Positions 34,433-43,573 are shown, counted from the stretch's first letter. The stretch: DNA of 60,480 bases from Clostridia bacterium (GCA_045656345.1 JAZOQZ010000020.1:1-60480), one strand, 5' to 3'. The notes: generated by a model from the sequence alone, not told the origin. Numbers and translations are program-made.

Positions 34433-35404
34433 GTGCAAACGGATTACCGAAAAAATCATTCTCAGCTGGTCAGAAATTTTTTGTCCCACAAGCTGACCAT
34501 TGAAGGAAAATCGCCGTTGACGGTGAAAGAATATGCTTATGATTTGCAAACTTTTTTCCGTTATCTGGTAAAACAGAAGGAACAGTCGGATACCCCTATG
34601 GAGGAAATCGGCATTTCTCACGTTGATTTAGACTTTATTAAAAACATTGAGTTAACCGATATTTACGAATACTTAATGTATTTAAGCAAAGAAAAAGGAA
34701 ACGGAGTGAAATCCCGTGCCAGAAAACTTTCTGCCATCAAATCCTTCTATAAATATCTCACAGTAAAAATGCATTTTTTGGATAAAGACATTGCAAAAGA
34801 TTTAGAAATGCCCAAGATGCCGAAAACCCTGCCCCGCTATCTGGAGCTGGAAGAAGCAAAACAGCTTTTAAATGCGGTGGACGGTAAACAAAAAGAACGT
34901 GATTTTCTGATGCTGACCATTCTTTTAAACTGTGGGCTTCGTGTGTCGGAGCTTCAGAATATCCGCCTGAACCATATTCGTGGAAACACCCTGACCGTAA
35001 CAGGAAAAGGCAATAAGGAACGGCAATTATTTTTAAATGACGCCACCCAAAAAGCCCTGCAAGCTTATCTGGAAGTCCGCCCTCAGGGGCAAAGCGACTA
35101 TCTGCTTCTTTCCTCACGGGGAACTCCCATTTCGGTGGCAGGAATCCAGTACACGGTGAAGAATCTGTTTCGAAAAGCAGGTCTGGATGCCACCAAACTA
35201 TCCACTCACAAACTCCGTCACACCGCGGCAACCTTAATGTATAAACACGGAAAAGTGGATATCAAAACCCTGCAGAAAGTGTTGGGTCACGAGCATTTGA
35301 ACACTACCGAAATTTATACCCACACCGATGACTCTCTGGTGAAAGAAGCCATCGACTTAAACCCTCTGGCTCATTTTGAAAAAAAGACAAAGAATAAAAA
35401 ATAA
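34433..35404 (+). CDS. Tyrosine site-specific recombinase, XerC/XerD family
   Basis: 323 aa. GTG start behind GAAGGAGGG. SAM-like N-domain (...RKLSAIKSFYKYL). Catalytic RVSEL...HKLRHTAAT...LGHEHLNTTEIYTH. Confidence 0.88.
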   Translation: MQTDYRKNHSQLVRNFLSHKLTIEGKSPLTVKEYAYDLQTFFRYLVKQKEQSDTPMEEIGISHVDLDFIKNIELTDIYEYLMYLSKEKGNGVKSRARKLSAIKSFYKYLTVKMHFLDKDIAKDLEMPKMPKTLPRYLELEEAKQLLNAVDGKQKERDFLMLTILLNCGLRVSELQNIRLNHIRGNTLTVTGKGNKERQLFLNDATQKALQAYLEVRPQGQSDYLLLSSRGTPISVAGIQYTVKNLFRKAGLDATKLSTHKLRHTAATLMYKHGKVDIKTLQKVLGHEHLNTTEIYTHTDDSLVKEAIDLNPLAHFEKKTKNKK

Positions 35405-35427
35405 ATTTGAAGAAAGGATGTGCGCTT

Positions 35428-35823
35428 ATGTTACAATGTAGTTTGGTAACAGGTTCGGAAGGAATGTATAACATTACTGCCGAAATCAAAAATCAAGTGG
35501 AAAAACAAAATTGGAAAGACGGTTTTCTGCTTATCTATTGCCCCCATACCACCGCTTCGGTTGTGGTGAGCGAAAATGTGGATGTGGATGTGAAGGCAGA
35601 TATTTTATCAGCCGTAAGCCAAGCATTCCCCAAAAAGGAAGACTACCTGCACTATGACGGCAATTCTCACGCACACATCCGTTCCACCTTGGCAGGCGTG
35701 TCTGTTACGCTGATGGTGGAGAATCAGAAACCGATTTTAGGACAGTTTCAGGGCGTGTATTTTATGGAGTTTGACGGCCCGCGAACCAGAAACTATTATC
35801 TGAAATTTATCCCAACCCCCTAA
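35428..35823 (+). CDS. YjbQ/UPF0047-family protein (secondary thiamine-phosphate synthase-like)
   Basis: Trimmed to the ATG at 35428. Contains ...YCPHTTASVVVSEN... and ...NSHAHIRSTLAG.... Confidence 0.8.
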   Translation: MLQCSLVTGSEGMYNITAEIKNQVEKQNWKDGFLLIYCPHTTASVVVSENVDVDVKADILSAVSQAFPKKEDYLHYDGNSHAHIRSTLAGVSVTLMVENQKPILGQFQGVYFMEFDGPRTRNYYLKFIPTP

Positions 35824-35830
35824 GGAATGT

Positions 35831-35865
35831 AAAAAACGGTATTGCGATGCAATACCGTTTTTTTT
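35831..35865. terminator. Bidirectional rho-independent terminator
   Basis: aaaaaacggtattgc-gat-gcaataccgtttttttt. Confidence 0.8.
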
Positions 35866-36008
35866 GAAGCTGTTGTATTCCTAAAAATACATAGCTTGTT
35901 GCGAAGTTGGATTCGGGATTGAAATTTTAGTTTTTTAAGATACTGCTGGTGCCAAAAAACATCAAAAGTTAACAAAAAACTAAAAGATTCTGAAATAATC
36001 CCAATAGG

Positions 36009-36200
36009 TTATTTCATGTTGTTTTCGTAGGACTGAATCATTTTCTTTACCATCTGACCGCCTACAGAACCTGCTTCTTTGGAAGTTAAGTCGCCGTTGT
36101 AACCCTGTTTTAAGTTTACACCAACATCCTGAGCAGCTTCCATTTTAAATCTGTTCAGCGCTTCTTTCGCTTCGGGTACTAAATTCTTTTTACTTGCCAT
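36009..36200 (-). CDS. Alpha/beta-type small acid-soluble spore protein
   Basis: Trimmed to MASKKNLVPEAKEALNRFKMEAAQDVGV...LTSKEAGSVGGQMVKKMI behind AAAGGAG. Classic SASP signature. Confidence 0.9.
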   Translation of the reverse strand: MASKKNLVPEAKEALNRFKMEAAQDVGVNLKQGYNGDLTSKEAGSVGGQMVKKMIQSYENNMK

Positions 36201-36358
36201 AGCGATAAAAATCTCCTTTTTTTTAAATTTTGCTTCCTCAAAAAAATTGCATTGGAAACCTTCGTTTTCGCAAAGCCTTTTTTCGAAGAAGACAGTCATA
36301 GTTTGTGCCGTGATACAAAATCTATGCTGGAAATTTTTATCGATTTTTTTGAATGTTA

Positions 36359-36601
36359 TTATGCAGTTAACACCTTTACCCGAACACCGGCTAATCTGCC
36401 CAAATTGCCTGATAAGGAATTGATTTCGTCAGACTGGGCATCCATCACCACGGAAATGATATTCACGTTCTTTTCCCGATAAGGAATCCCCATTCTGCCC
36501 ACGATTTTATCGGCGTACTGATGCAACAGCGCATTCACTTTATCGCTGACGGATGCATCTTCAATCATAATGGCAACCACTGCAATTTTTGTGTTATCCA
36601 T
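36359..36601 (-). CDS. TM1266-family small ACT/NikR-C-like protein ('iron-only hydrogenase system regulator' family)
   Basis: 80 aa: IAVVAIMIEDASVSDKVNALLHQYADKIVGRMGIPYREKNVNIISVVMDA. Matches my recollection of that family. No hydE/F/G genes nearby. Confidence 0.6.
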   Translation of the reverse strand: MDNTKIAVVAIMIEDASVSDKVNALLHQYADKIVGRMGIPYREKNVNIISVVMDAQSDEINSLSGNLGRLAGVRVKVLTA

Positions 36602-36623
36602 CGTTTTCTCCTTTTTTTGAAAG

Positions 36624-36650
36624 AAAAGGCGAGCTAACGCTCGCCTTTTT
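36624..36650. terminator. Terminator-like hairpin about 20 nt upstream of the RBS of the 80-aa gene (probable hpf terminator or attenuator)
   Basis: aaaaggcgagc-taac-gctcgccttttt. On the minus strand the stem is followed by TTTTCTTTC and then AAAAAAAGGAGAAAACG-ATG. Confidence 0.6.
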
Positions 36651-36694
36651 CGTTATTTTTTAGCTTCCCCTTTACATAACTGATTATGTAAGGC

Positions 36695-36733
36695 GGTGAG
36701 ATTCATTGATTCTGCACATTTTATCAAGCCGTT
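36695..36733. repeat. 39-bp direct repeat, copy 1
   Basis: ggtgagattcattgattctgcacattttatcAagccgtt. One mismatch to 36828-36866. Confidence 0.85.
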
Positions 36734-36756
36734 TTTTGTAAGGCGATGAGAAAATA

Positions 36757-36850
36757 CTGCAGAATTAAGAAATCGAATCAAAGCTTCGCTTTGACAGGCC
36801 CGAAGGCGTATATGCTATACGCCGAGCGGTGAGATTCATTGATTCTGCAC
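36757..36850. repeat. Long imperfect palindromic intergenic element, copy C
   Basis: Core cccgaaggcgtata-tgc-tatacgccgagcgg at 36799-36829. Arms ctgcagaatt... / ...gattctgcac. Confidence 0.6.
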
Positions 36851-36866
36851 ATTTTATCGAGCCGTT
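36828..36866. repeat. 39-bp direct repeat, copy 2 (overlaps the right arm of element C and 2 nt of the hpf stop codon)
   Basis: ggtgagattcattgattctgcacattttatcGagccgtt. Confidence 0.85.
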
Positions 36867-37419
36867 ACTCCACGTCTAAAATGCCGTACTTATCATCTTT
36901 ACGTTTATACACGATGCTTATTCCGTCATTTTCCGCATTACGGAATGCGAAGAAGGTGTGGCCTAACAGATTCATCTGCAGAATCGCTTCGTCCACAAAC
37001 ATGGGTTTTAAGGAGATTACCTTAGAACGGGCAACCGTAAACTCGGTTTCCTCAGGAGCATACAGAGTATCTTTTTCTTCCTCATCGGTTTCAAAAGCAT
37101 CAAAGGTTTCTGCGATTGCAGCAGCCTTTTTAATCTTGTTTTCGATTTTGGTTTTATACTTTCTGATTTGCTTTTTCAAGTTTTCCATCAATTCGTCCAT
37201 TGCGGTCCAGATATCGGCATCCGCTTCTTCCACACGGAAGATGGTGTCTTTATAGAAAATGGTTAATTCCACAATGTAGGTATCTTTGATGAGAGACAGG
37301 GTCACAGTTGCTTCCGCAGTGTCGTCAAAAATTTTGTCGAACTTAGAAAGTTTGGCTGCAAATTTTTCTTTAAAGCTGTCTTTCGCCTGGAATTTTCTTT
37401 CGTTAAAAATTACTCTCAT
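36865..37419 (-). CDS. hpf: Ribosome hibernation-promoting factor, long form
   Basis: 184 aa with an N-terminal S30AE domain and a C-terminal dimerisation domain (KPMFVDEAILQMNLLGHTFFAFRNAE...IVYKRKDDKYGIL). Confidence 0.92.
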   Translation of the reverse strand: MRVIFNERKFQAKDSFKEKFAAKLSKFDKIFDDTAEATVTLSLIKDTYIVELTIFYKDTIFRVEEADADIWTAMDELMENLKKQIRKYKTKIENKIKKAAAIAETFDAFETDEEEKDTLYAPEETEFTVARSKVISLKPMFVDEAILQMNLLGHTFFAFRNAENDGISIVYKRKDDKYGILDVE

Positions 37420-37537
37420 ACTGATTCTCCTTTGCTTTAGCCGATTCGAAGGGAAAATCCGTAACTTCGGTTCCCATAATCGAACCGAGCTGTTATTTTT
37501 TTATGGAATGCGAGATATTATCTCACTCCAAAACGAA

Positions 37538-38377
37538 TTAAAGAACCTTTGTGATATGACGGGAAACGTGGCAACAGATATTTACCGCTACGGGCATGCC
37601 TGCAATATGAGTGGGATGATCAATAATGTTTACCCAAAGAGCGGTGTTTTTGCCGCCTAAACCTGCAGGACCGATATCGGTGCTGTTGATTTTTTCCATC
37701 AATTCTTTTTGCATTTTCTGATACAAAGGTTTCTGAGGTACGGTGCCGATGGGCTGAGTTAAAGCCACTTTGGAAAGTTTGGCTGCCTGCTCAAAGTCAC
37801 CGCCAACGCAAACGCCAACCACGATGGGAGGACAAGGATTGGGACCAGCAGAACGAACTGCGTCCAACACCACGTTCACCACTCCGTCATAACCTGCGGA
37901 GGGAGGCAGCATTGCGATCTTACTCATGTTTTCGCTACCAAATCCTTTGGGAGCAAAGGTGATTTTCATCTGGTCACCGGGAACGATATCATAGTGAATG
38001 ATTGCAGGAGTGTTATCTCCGGTGTTCACACGGTCAATGGGGTCTGCCACAACAGATTTTCTTAAGTAACCGTCCACATAACCCTGACGCACGCCTTCAT
38101 TGATTGCGTCGGTTAAGTTACCTTCCACATAAACTTCCTGGCCAACTTCAATAAAGAATACAGCGTAGCCGGTGTCCTGGCAGATAGGAATTCTTTCTTC
38201 TTTTGCGATGTCTGCATTCACTACCAGTTTTTCTAAAATATTTTTGCCAACGGGACTGGTTTCGGTTTTGCAAGCACTGCAGATGGATTCGTATGCATCG
38301 CCCGGCAGAATGGTATTGGCATCAATACACATCTGGCGAACAGTTTTGGTAATGTCAGTTGCTAAAATAGTTTTCAA
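37538..38377 (-). CDS. Class I (Fe-S) fumarate hydratase / L(+)-tartrate dehydratase, alpha subunit
   Basis: 279 aa with a CQDTGYAVFF motif and the typical alpha-subunit length. No beta-subunit gene is adjacent. Confidence 0.85.
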   Translation of the reverse strand: MKTILATDITKTVRQMCIDANTILPGDAYESICSACKTETSPVGKNILEKLVVNADIAKEERIPICQDTGYAVFFIEVGQEVYVEGNLTDAINEGVRQGYVDGYLRKSVVADPIDRVNTGDNTPAIIHYDIVPGDQMKITFAPKGFGSENMSKIAMLPPSAGYDGVVNVVLDAVRSAGPNPCPPIVVGVCVGGDFEQAAKLSKVALTQPIGTVPQKPLYQKMQKELMEKINSTDIGPAGLGGKNTALWVNIIDHPTHIAGMPVAVNICCHVSRHITKVL

Positions 38378-38457
38378 TGTTAATCTCTCCTCTTATTTGT
38401 TATATTCGACATTGCTGTCGTAAAATCCTTTTTTTAAACAGAATTTTTTTTATTTTT

Positions 38458-40188
38458 TTAGAATGTCCAGTTGGGCATAATTTTTAACTGATTCACATAT
38501 TCGGGGGATACGGTAATTCCTGTTAACACGGGATAGAACACGAAGAAGAGTGCAACCCCCGCCACGCAAACTGCCAATGCTCCCCAAAGGGACTTGCCTT
38601 TTTTCGCCAGATTGCTCCAATAATATCCCACACCCAATGCCAAAAAGCACACCATAGGGAAATAGTGATACATAAAGGTGCAACGGGTTACAAAGATCCA
38701 GGGAAGCATCTGAGAAAGATATCCTGCCAGAATCACAAAAGCTGGTAAAGACAGTTTCTTTTCTTTCACAGAATGAATCATCATATAAATCAGACCAGCC
38801 AGTCCTCCCCATAACAAAATGGGATTGCCAAAGGTGGCAATGGTTTCTCTGGAACCGTCGGGAAGCAGAACTCCCTGATGCATCCAGAGGGGTTTTGCAT
38901 TCACCATCCACTGATACCAGGTGGCACTGTAAGGATGGGTTGCGGTAAGCTGACTGTGATATTTAAACATATGCTCCTGAGTTGAAACAAAATTCTGCCA
39001 GTTCAAGGGCATATCAAAACAGTCAAAATACGGAATATAGCTAACATAGTAAATCAAAAACGGAATCACTGCATACAACCCCAGCGACCATAAAATCAGT
39101 TTGCCTGCCTGGGTGTTTTTCGGTGCTTTTTTATAACGAAGCCAAATGGCAAACAGATAAATGGCACCAAGACCGATGCCGGGATAAATTGCCGCCCATT
39201 TTACTGCAGCACCACATCCGAACATCGCACCGGAAACACCTAAAAACAGAAGGGATTTCCAGTTTACGCCATTCTCCACATACTCGTGCACAAATTCTAA
39301 AAGCATTGCAAATGCCGCTATGATAAAGAACACCATAAAGGAATCGATGGAAGCGATTCTGGTATGGGACAAATGCATAAATCCAAAGGAAAACAGCACT
39401 GTGGTTAAGAATGCAACATTGTTGTATTTAAACAGTCTTTTTGCCAGAAGATAGAACATGGGAATCATCAGCACAGCGAAGAACACGCCCATAAAACGAA
39501 CTCCGAACATATTCCATCCGAACAGGCTGATACCAATGGTCATAAGCAGTTTTCCCAAAGGCGGATGGGTGGTTTCATACATAGAAAGGTCGTTTTTGTA
39601 TTCGTAAGCCGCTCTGCCATGATAAATTTCGTCAAAATAGAAGCTGTTTTCGTATGAGGGAACATCGGGAACGGTGTCAAACTCATCTGAAAAAGCAGCC
39701 AAGTCGGTTCCGGCAGGTGCCATCACCGTGTAGGGAATCAGTTCGCCTGCTGAATTATAGAAAGCAAATTCACCCCATTCGGTGATTTCGTCAGAACCGT
39801 TTGCAAGCACTTCCAACACCACTTCATTGGTGGGATATACCGGCAGTTTTTCCTGCTGCCAACTGAACACATAAGTGGATTTTTCCTGCTTGCCCGAAAG
39901 CATCATATACTGATCAATATCAGGGCCGATCTGACGCATTTTAAAATTGCGCAAACCGTATGCGGCAAAATAACGGATTTCCGCCAAATCTTCCGTTTGA
40001 GCGAATTGAAAGGTTACGCTCTGCCCTCTTGCCACCTTGGCATAAGTCTGAGGGGTGTTGTCGGTGCTTCCCAAGCGGTAAAACGCCGCACCGCCGAAAA
40101 CAAGCATCACGAAGAAGAGAGCAACGGCACTCTTCCAGGTAAACTTTTGGGAATATTCACGCACCTTTTTCTCGTTTGTTATTTTCAT
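38458..40188 (-). CDS. GT39/PMT-like phospholipid-carrier-dependent membrane glycosyltransferase
   Basis: 576 aa, polytopic. YFDEIYHGRAAYEY...THPPLGKLLMTIGISLFG is the PMT-type loop 1 signature. Confidence 0.78.
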   Translation of the reverse strand: MKITNEKKVREYSQKFTWKSAVALFFVMLVFGGAAFYRLGSTDNTPQTYAKVARGQSVTFQFAQTEDLAEIRYFAAYGLRNFKMRQIGPDIDQYMMLSGKQEKSTYVFSWQQEKLPVYPTNEVVLEVLANGSDEITEWGEFAFYNSAGELIPYTVMAPAGTDLAAFSDEFDTVPDVPSYENSFYFDEIYHGRAAYEYKNDLSMYETTHPPLGKLLMTIGISLFGWNMFGVRFMGVFFAVLMIPMFYLLAKRLFKYNNVAFLTTVLFSFGFMHLSHTRIASIDSFMVFFIIAAFAMLLEFVHEYVENGVNWKSLLFLGVSGAMFGCGAAVKWAAIYPGIGLGAIYLFAIWLRYKKAPKNTQAGKLILWSLGLYAVIPFLIYYVSYIPYFDCFDMPLNWQNFVSTQEHMFKYHSQLTATHPYSATWYQWMVNAKPLWMHQGVLLPDGSRETIATFGNPILLWGGLAGLIYMMIHSVKEKKLSLPAFVILAGYLSQMLPWIFVTRCTFMYHYFPMVCFLALGVGYYWSNLAKKGKSLWGALAVCVAGVALFFVFYPVLTGITVSPEYVNQLKIMPNWTF

Positions 40189-40221
40189 TTTGTATTCTCC
40201 TTTTCGGGTAAACTTGCAGAT

Positions 40222-41619
40222 TTATTCCAATACCTTTTTGGAATAGGAAGCACGAATCCCGGTGTAAACATCCCACACCAAATACCAGAGCACTGCTAAG
40301 TTCACTAAAGATCCGATAACAAAAATCATATTATAAAAATTGTCTGTGACCGAATTATGAACTCCGCTCAGATACCAAAGTGCATAATCCAAGTTCAGAA
40401 AATATGTGAGTCCCAACAAACAGAAAATTCCGAAATATTTTTTCTTACCGGTAAACACAAATGCCAGAAGCATCAGAAGCGGAACAAAATACCAGTAACG
40501 CTCGTGCATTTTGGAGCCAAGCATTACAATGGCGAATAAGTAGGTTGCAAAAATCAAAAACAGATTTTTCTTATCTTTATTGAAAATAACCGCTAAAATT
40601 CCGCCCAGCACACAAACTGCCATCAGAATGGTGCCCCATTTTTCAAAGGTTAAAAATAAAAACGGATCAGTTAAATTGCGCATATTTCCGTTTAACAAGC
40701 CAAACAGATTGAAGGTGTTTAAGGATGCATAAGGATAAGACGAAAAGGTTTCGGTGTATTTTTTAATCAGGAACATTAAATCGGGAACACCGCCACGAAA
40801 CGGCATCATACAAATGCTCATAAGCACCAACGCACAAACAAAGGTGATCCCCAGATTCCACAACACTTTAAGCGCTTTGGGAAACTGATTTTTCAATTTG
40901 GGAACAAGCACCAAAGAATCACTTTTCGCAAACAACACAGCAATCAGCGGTGCAAACAGGAAACTCTGAGGTTTGGTTAAAGCAGAAAGGGTGAACATCA
41001 AAGCAGAAAGGGTGAGTTTTTCTTCCAATAAGAACCGGAAGGTTAACAGCATCAGATAGCAAAAGATACCGTCGGTTTGTCCCCAATAAGTACCGGTAAT
41101 CAAAAATGAGGGGAACATCGCCAACAACATTGCCATCGGCAACTGTTTCTGCACAGGGTAACGTTTGCTATATGCTCTCAGAATTTCGTAGCCAATCAGC
41201 CCTTCCGCTAAAATGCCGGGCATTTTTACAAACAGTTTGGTGAGATAATCTCCACCGCCCAACAGGTTTTTCACCCAACCGAAAAAGCCGGTCATCATAA
41301 TATAAAGAGGCGGATAGTCGCAGAAATAATCATCGGCATAAAAACCGTTTAAGCCACCTGCCGCCCGTTCCATCCAGGCAGTATACGTGTTCATATCCAC
41401 TTCATATCCTTTAAAATAAGGGGAAACCAGGATTTTTATCAGCGTAATCACACCAAGGATTACAAGACATCCCACCCTGGGAGTTCTCTGGTCGTTGACC
41501 TTCTGCAAGCGGTTATTCTGATCCTGATATACAAACCACATAAATGCTGCAAAAACAAATACCAAAATCATTGCAATCGGAATAGCCGGCTGAGTAGTAG
41601 TCTGCACCGTTTGTTCCAT
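40222..41619 (-). CDS. Polytopic GT-C-fold glycosyltransferase-like membrane protein (Gpi18/DUF2029-like)
   Basis: 465 aa with at least 10 TM helices. DDYFCDYPPLYIMMTGFFGW is an early loop motif. Confidence 0.55.
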   Translation of the reverse strand: MEQTVQTTTQPAIPIAMILVFVFAAFMWFVYQDQNNRLQKVNDQRTPRVGCLVILGVITLIKILVSPYFKGYEVDMNTYTAWMERAAGGLNGFYADDYFCDYPPLYIMMTGFFGWVKNLLGGGDYLTKLFVKMPGILAEGLIGYEILRAYSKRYPVQKQLPMAMLLAMFPSFLITGTYWGQTDGIFCYLMLLTFRFLLEEKLTLSALMFTLSALTKPQSFLFAPLIAVLFAKSDSLVLVPKLKNQFPKALKVLWNLGITFVCALVLMSICMMPFRGGVPDLMFLIKKYTETFSSYPYASLNTFNLFGLLNGNMRNLTDPFLFLTFEKWGTILMAVCVLGGILAVIFNKDKKNLFLIFATYLFAIVMLGSKMHERYWYFVPLLMLLAFVFTGKKKYFGIFCLLGLTYFLNLDYALWYLSGVHNSVTDNFYNMIFVIGSLVNLAVLWYLVWDVYTGIRASYSKKVLE

Positions 41620-41637
41620 AGATTCACATTCCTTTCT

Positions 41638-42897
41638 TTATCGGTTGGCAGAATCTTCCTGCCATTTGCATTTGCGACGAAGCATGGAGTTTTTGGGGAA
41701 CGGCTTTTCTGAAAAAATGCTCACAATCTGCTGTGCGTGAGGAGCCGATTCCATCTCTTCTCCATCGGGATTACGAAGATCACGTGCAGGTAATAGCACG
41801 CTTTCTCCTTCGGTGGTCAACACATCTAAAATGTCATCCCGATAGAATTTATTTCTCTGCTCAAGATAGAGCCGTTTGTTTTCACTGTCGTAATCGGTAA
41901 CCACACCCACTAAGGTGTAATCCCGCACATAATCGGAGGTATGCACCAGCTGACCGTCTGCATAAGGATTGCCGAAATAGAAGCCTTTGCAATACTCTCT
42001 GTGGCTGACCTTGTTCACTTCCTCTGCCACTTCGGGAGGAAGCTTATAATTTTCGGGGTCTTTCTTTAAAATATCCAAGGCTTTACGGTATGCGTTGGTG
42101 GTAACTGCCACATAATAAGGCGTTTTCATTCTGCCTTCAATTTTAAAGGAGGTGATTCCCGCCTTTGCCATCAGGTCTAAATGCTCAATCATACACATAT
42201 CCTTGGCATTCATAATGTAGGTCCCGTGTTCTGAACCGCCGATGGTGAAGGGATAATCAGGACGCTTTTCTTCATAGAGTTTATATTTCCAACGGCAAGG
42301 CTGTGCACATTCGCCACGGTTGGAATCTCTGCCCGTCATATAGGCAGAAAGCAAGCATCTGCCTGAGTAGGAAATGCACATCGCACCATGGCAAAATGCT
42401 TCTAAGTCCAAGTCGGGATTGGTGTTTGCACGGACGGTGGCAATTTCGTCTAAAGTCAGCTCTCTTGCCAGTACCACACGTTTTGCACCCATATCATAAT
42501 AGGTGTTACAGGCAACGGAATTTAGGATATTTGCCTGGGTACTCATATGAACTTCTAAATCGGGGCACCACTTTTTAATCAGGCACAAAGCACCTAAATC
42601 AGAAGCGATAACGGCATCAATGCCCATTTCATAGGCTTCTTTGATGGCTCTTTCCAGGGTGGAAAAATCGCCGTCCCGCATCACCATATTGCAGGCGCCG
42701 TACAGCTTCATATTGTATTTTTTCTTGATTTCAATCGCTTTTTGTAAGTAATCTCCCGAGAACAACTGCTGAGGTGCCCGAAGGGACAGTCCGTTTAAGC
42801 CGATATAAGCGGCATCCGCACCGTAAACCCCTGCGGTTTCCAGCTTTTCTAAGTCTCCTGCAGGAGATAATAATTCTAATTTTTCTAAATTCTTCAT
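41638..42897 (-). CDS. Peptidase U32 family protein (YrrO/TrhP/RlhA-like RNA hydroxylation factor)
   Basis: Trimmed to MKNLEKLELLSPAGDLEKL. ECAQPCRW Cys motif typical of the U32 family. Confidence 0.88.
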   Translation of the reverse strand: MKNLEKLELLSPAGDLEKLETAGVYGADAAYIGLNGLSLRAPQQLFSGDYLQKAIEIKKKYNMKLYGACNMVMRDGDFSTLERAIKEAYEMGIDAVIASDLGALCLIKKWCPDLEVHMSTQANILNSVACNTYYDMGAKRVVLARELTLDEIATVRANTNPDLDLEAFCHGAMCISYSGRCLLSAYMTGRDSNRGECAQPCRWKYKLYEEKRPDYPFTIGGSEHGTYIMNAKDMCMIEHLDLMAKAGITSFKIEGRMKTPYYVAVTTNAYRKALDILKKDPENYKLPPEVAEEVNKVSHREYCKGFYFGNPYADGQLVHTSDYVRDYTLVGVVTDYDSENKRLYLEQRNKFYRDDILDVLTTEGESVLLPARDLRNPDGEEMESAPHAQQIVSIFSEKPFPKNSMLRRKCKWQEDSANR

Positions 42898-42916
42898 GAT
42901 AAAAATCCTTATCAAA

Positions 42917-43573
42917 TTATCGTTTGATGGTTAGGGAAACACCGTCTCCGATGGGGATAACCACCGTTTCCAATTCCTCGTCGTGACTAATGGCATCTAA
43001 GTACATCCGAAGACGCTTCACAATGGTTTTTTTGCGAAGGATCAAAAGGTCGTCGTTTGCCACCATCCCTTTATAAAGCACATTATCGGTTACCAATACC
43101 CCACCCTTGGGAAGGAGTTTCTTTAAATAGGGAATGTAATCATAATACTGCCCTTTGGCACTGTCCAAAAAGATAAAATCAAAGGTTTTCCCTTCGTTCA
43201 CCAATTCTTCCAGCACGTCCATTCCGTCACCGTTTTTGGGAAGGATGCGGTCAGTTAAGCCGTTTTCCTGGAATAATTTACAAGCTTCCTCGTAGTTATC
43301 GGGATTTTTTTCCACGGTGATGATTTTAGCATCGTTTCCGATGGCTTTGGATAAAATTACCGCCGAACAACCGATGCCCGTGCCCAATTCCAACACCTTT
43401 TTCGGTTGCTTCATCATTGCCAAAAGATAAAGAAGCTTGGTGGTTTCTGGCTTTGCCACAGGAATGTCTTTATCCATGGCAAAATCGTATAATTCCTGCA
43501 CATCCTCCGTCACAAGGGAACGGATATAGCGAAGGATAAATTCAAAATTGATATACTGTTCTTCAATCATCAT
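42917..43573 (-). CDS. Class I SAM-dependent O-methyltransferase (YrrM/TrmR-like, caffeoyl-CoA OMT family)
   Basis: Trimmed to MMIEEQY behind AAAGGA. ELGTGIGCSA SAM motif and FIFLDSAKGQY present. Confidence 0.85.
   Translation of the reverse strand: MMIEEQYINFEFILRYIRSLVTEDVQELYDFAMDKDIPVAKPETTKLLYLLAMMKQPKKVLELGTGIGCSAVILSKAIGNDAKIITVEKNPDNYEEACKLFQENGLTDRILPKNGDGMDVLEELVNEGKTFDFIFLDSAKGQYYDYIPYLKKLLPKGGVLVTDNVLYKGMVANDDLLILRKKTIVKRLRMYLDAISHDEELETVVIPIGDGVSLTIKR

Noticed and set aside
34433-35404. Xer-type tyrosine recombinase as the integrase responsible for the tRNA-fMet scar
   Set aside because: It lies 2.3 kb away on the other side of the core sporulation genes sigE and spoIIGA. It has XerC/XerD-like length and motifs, and no other mobile-element genes flank it. 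It is most simply a chromosomal Xer-family recombinase, though the link cannot be formally excluded.
38450-38911. 153-aa same-strand, alternative-frame ORF overlapping the 3' end of the GT39-like gene
   Set aside because: It is fully contained in the well-supported 576-aa membrane protein gene, has no RBS, and is Cys/Ser/Gly-rich shadow sequence.
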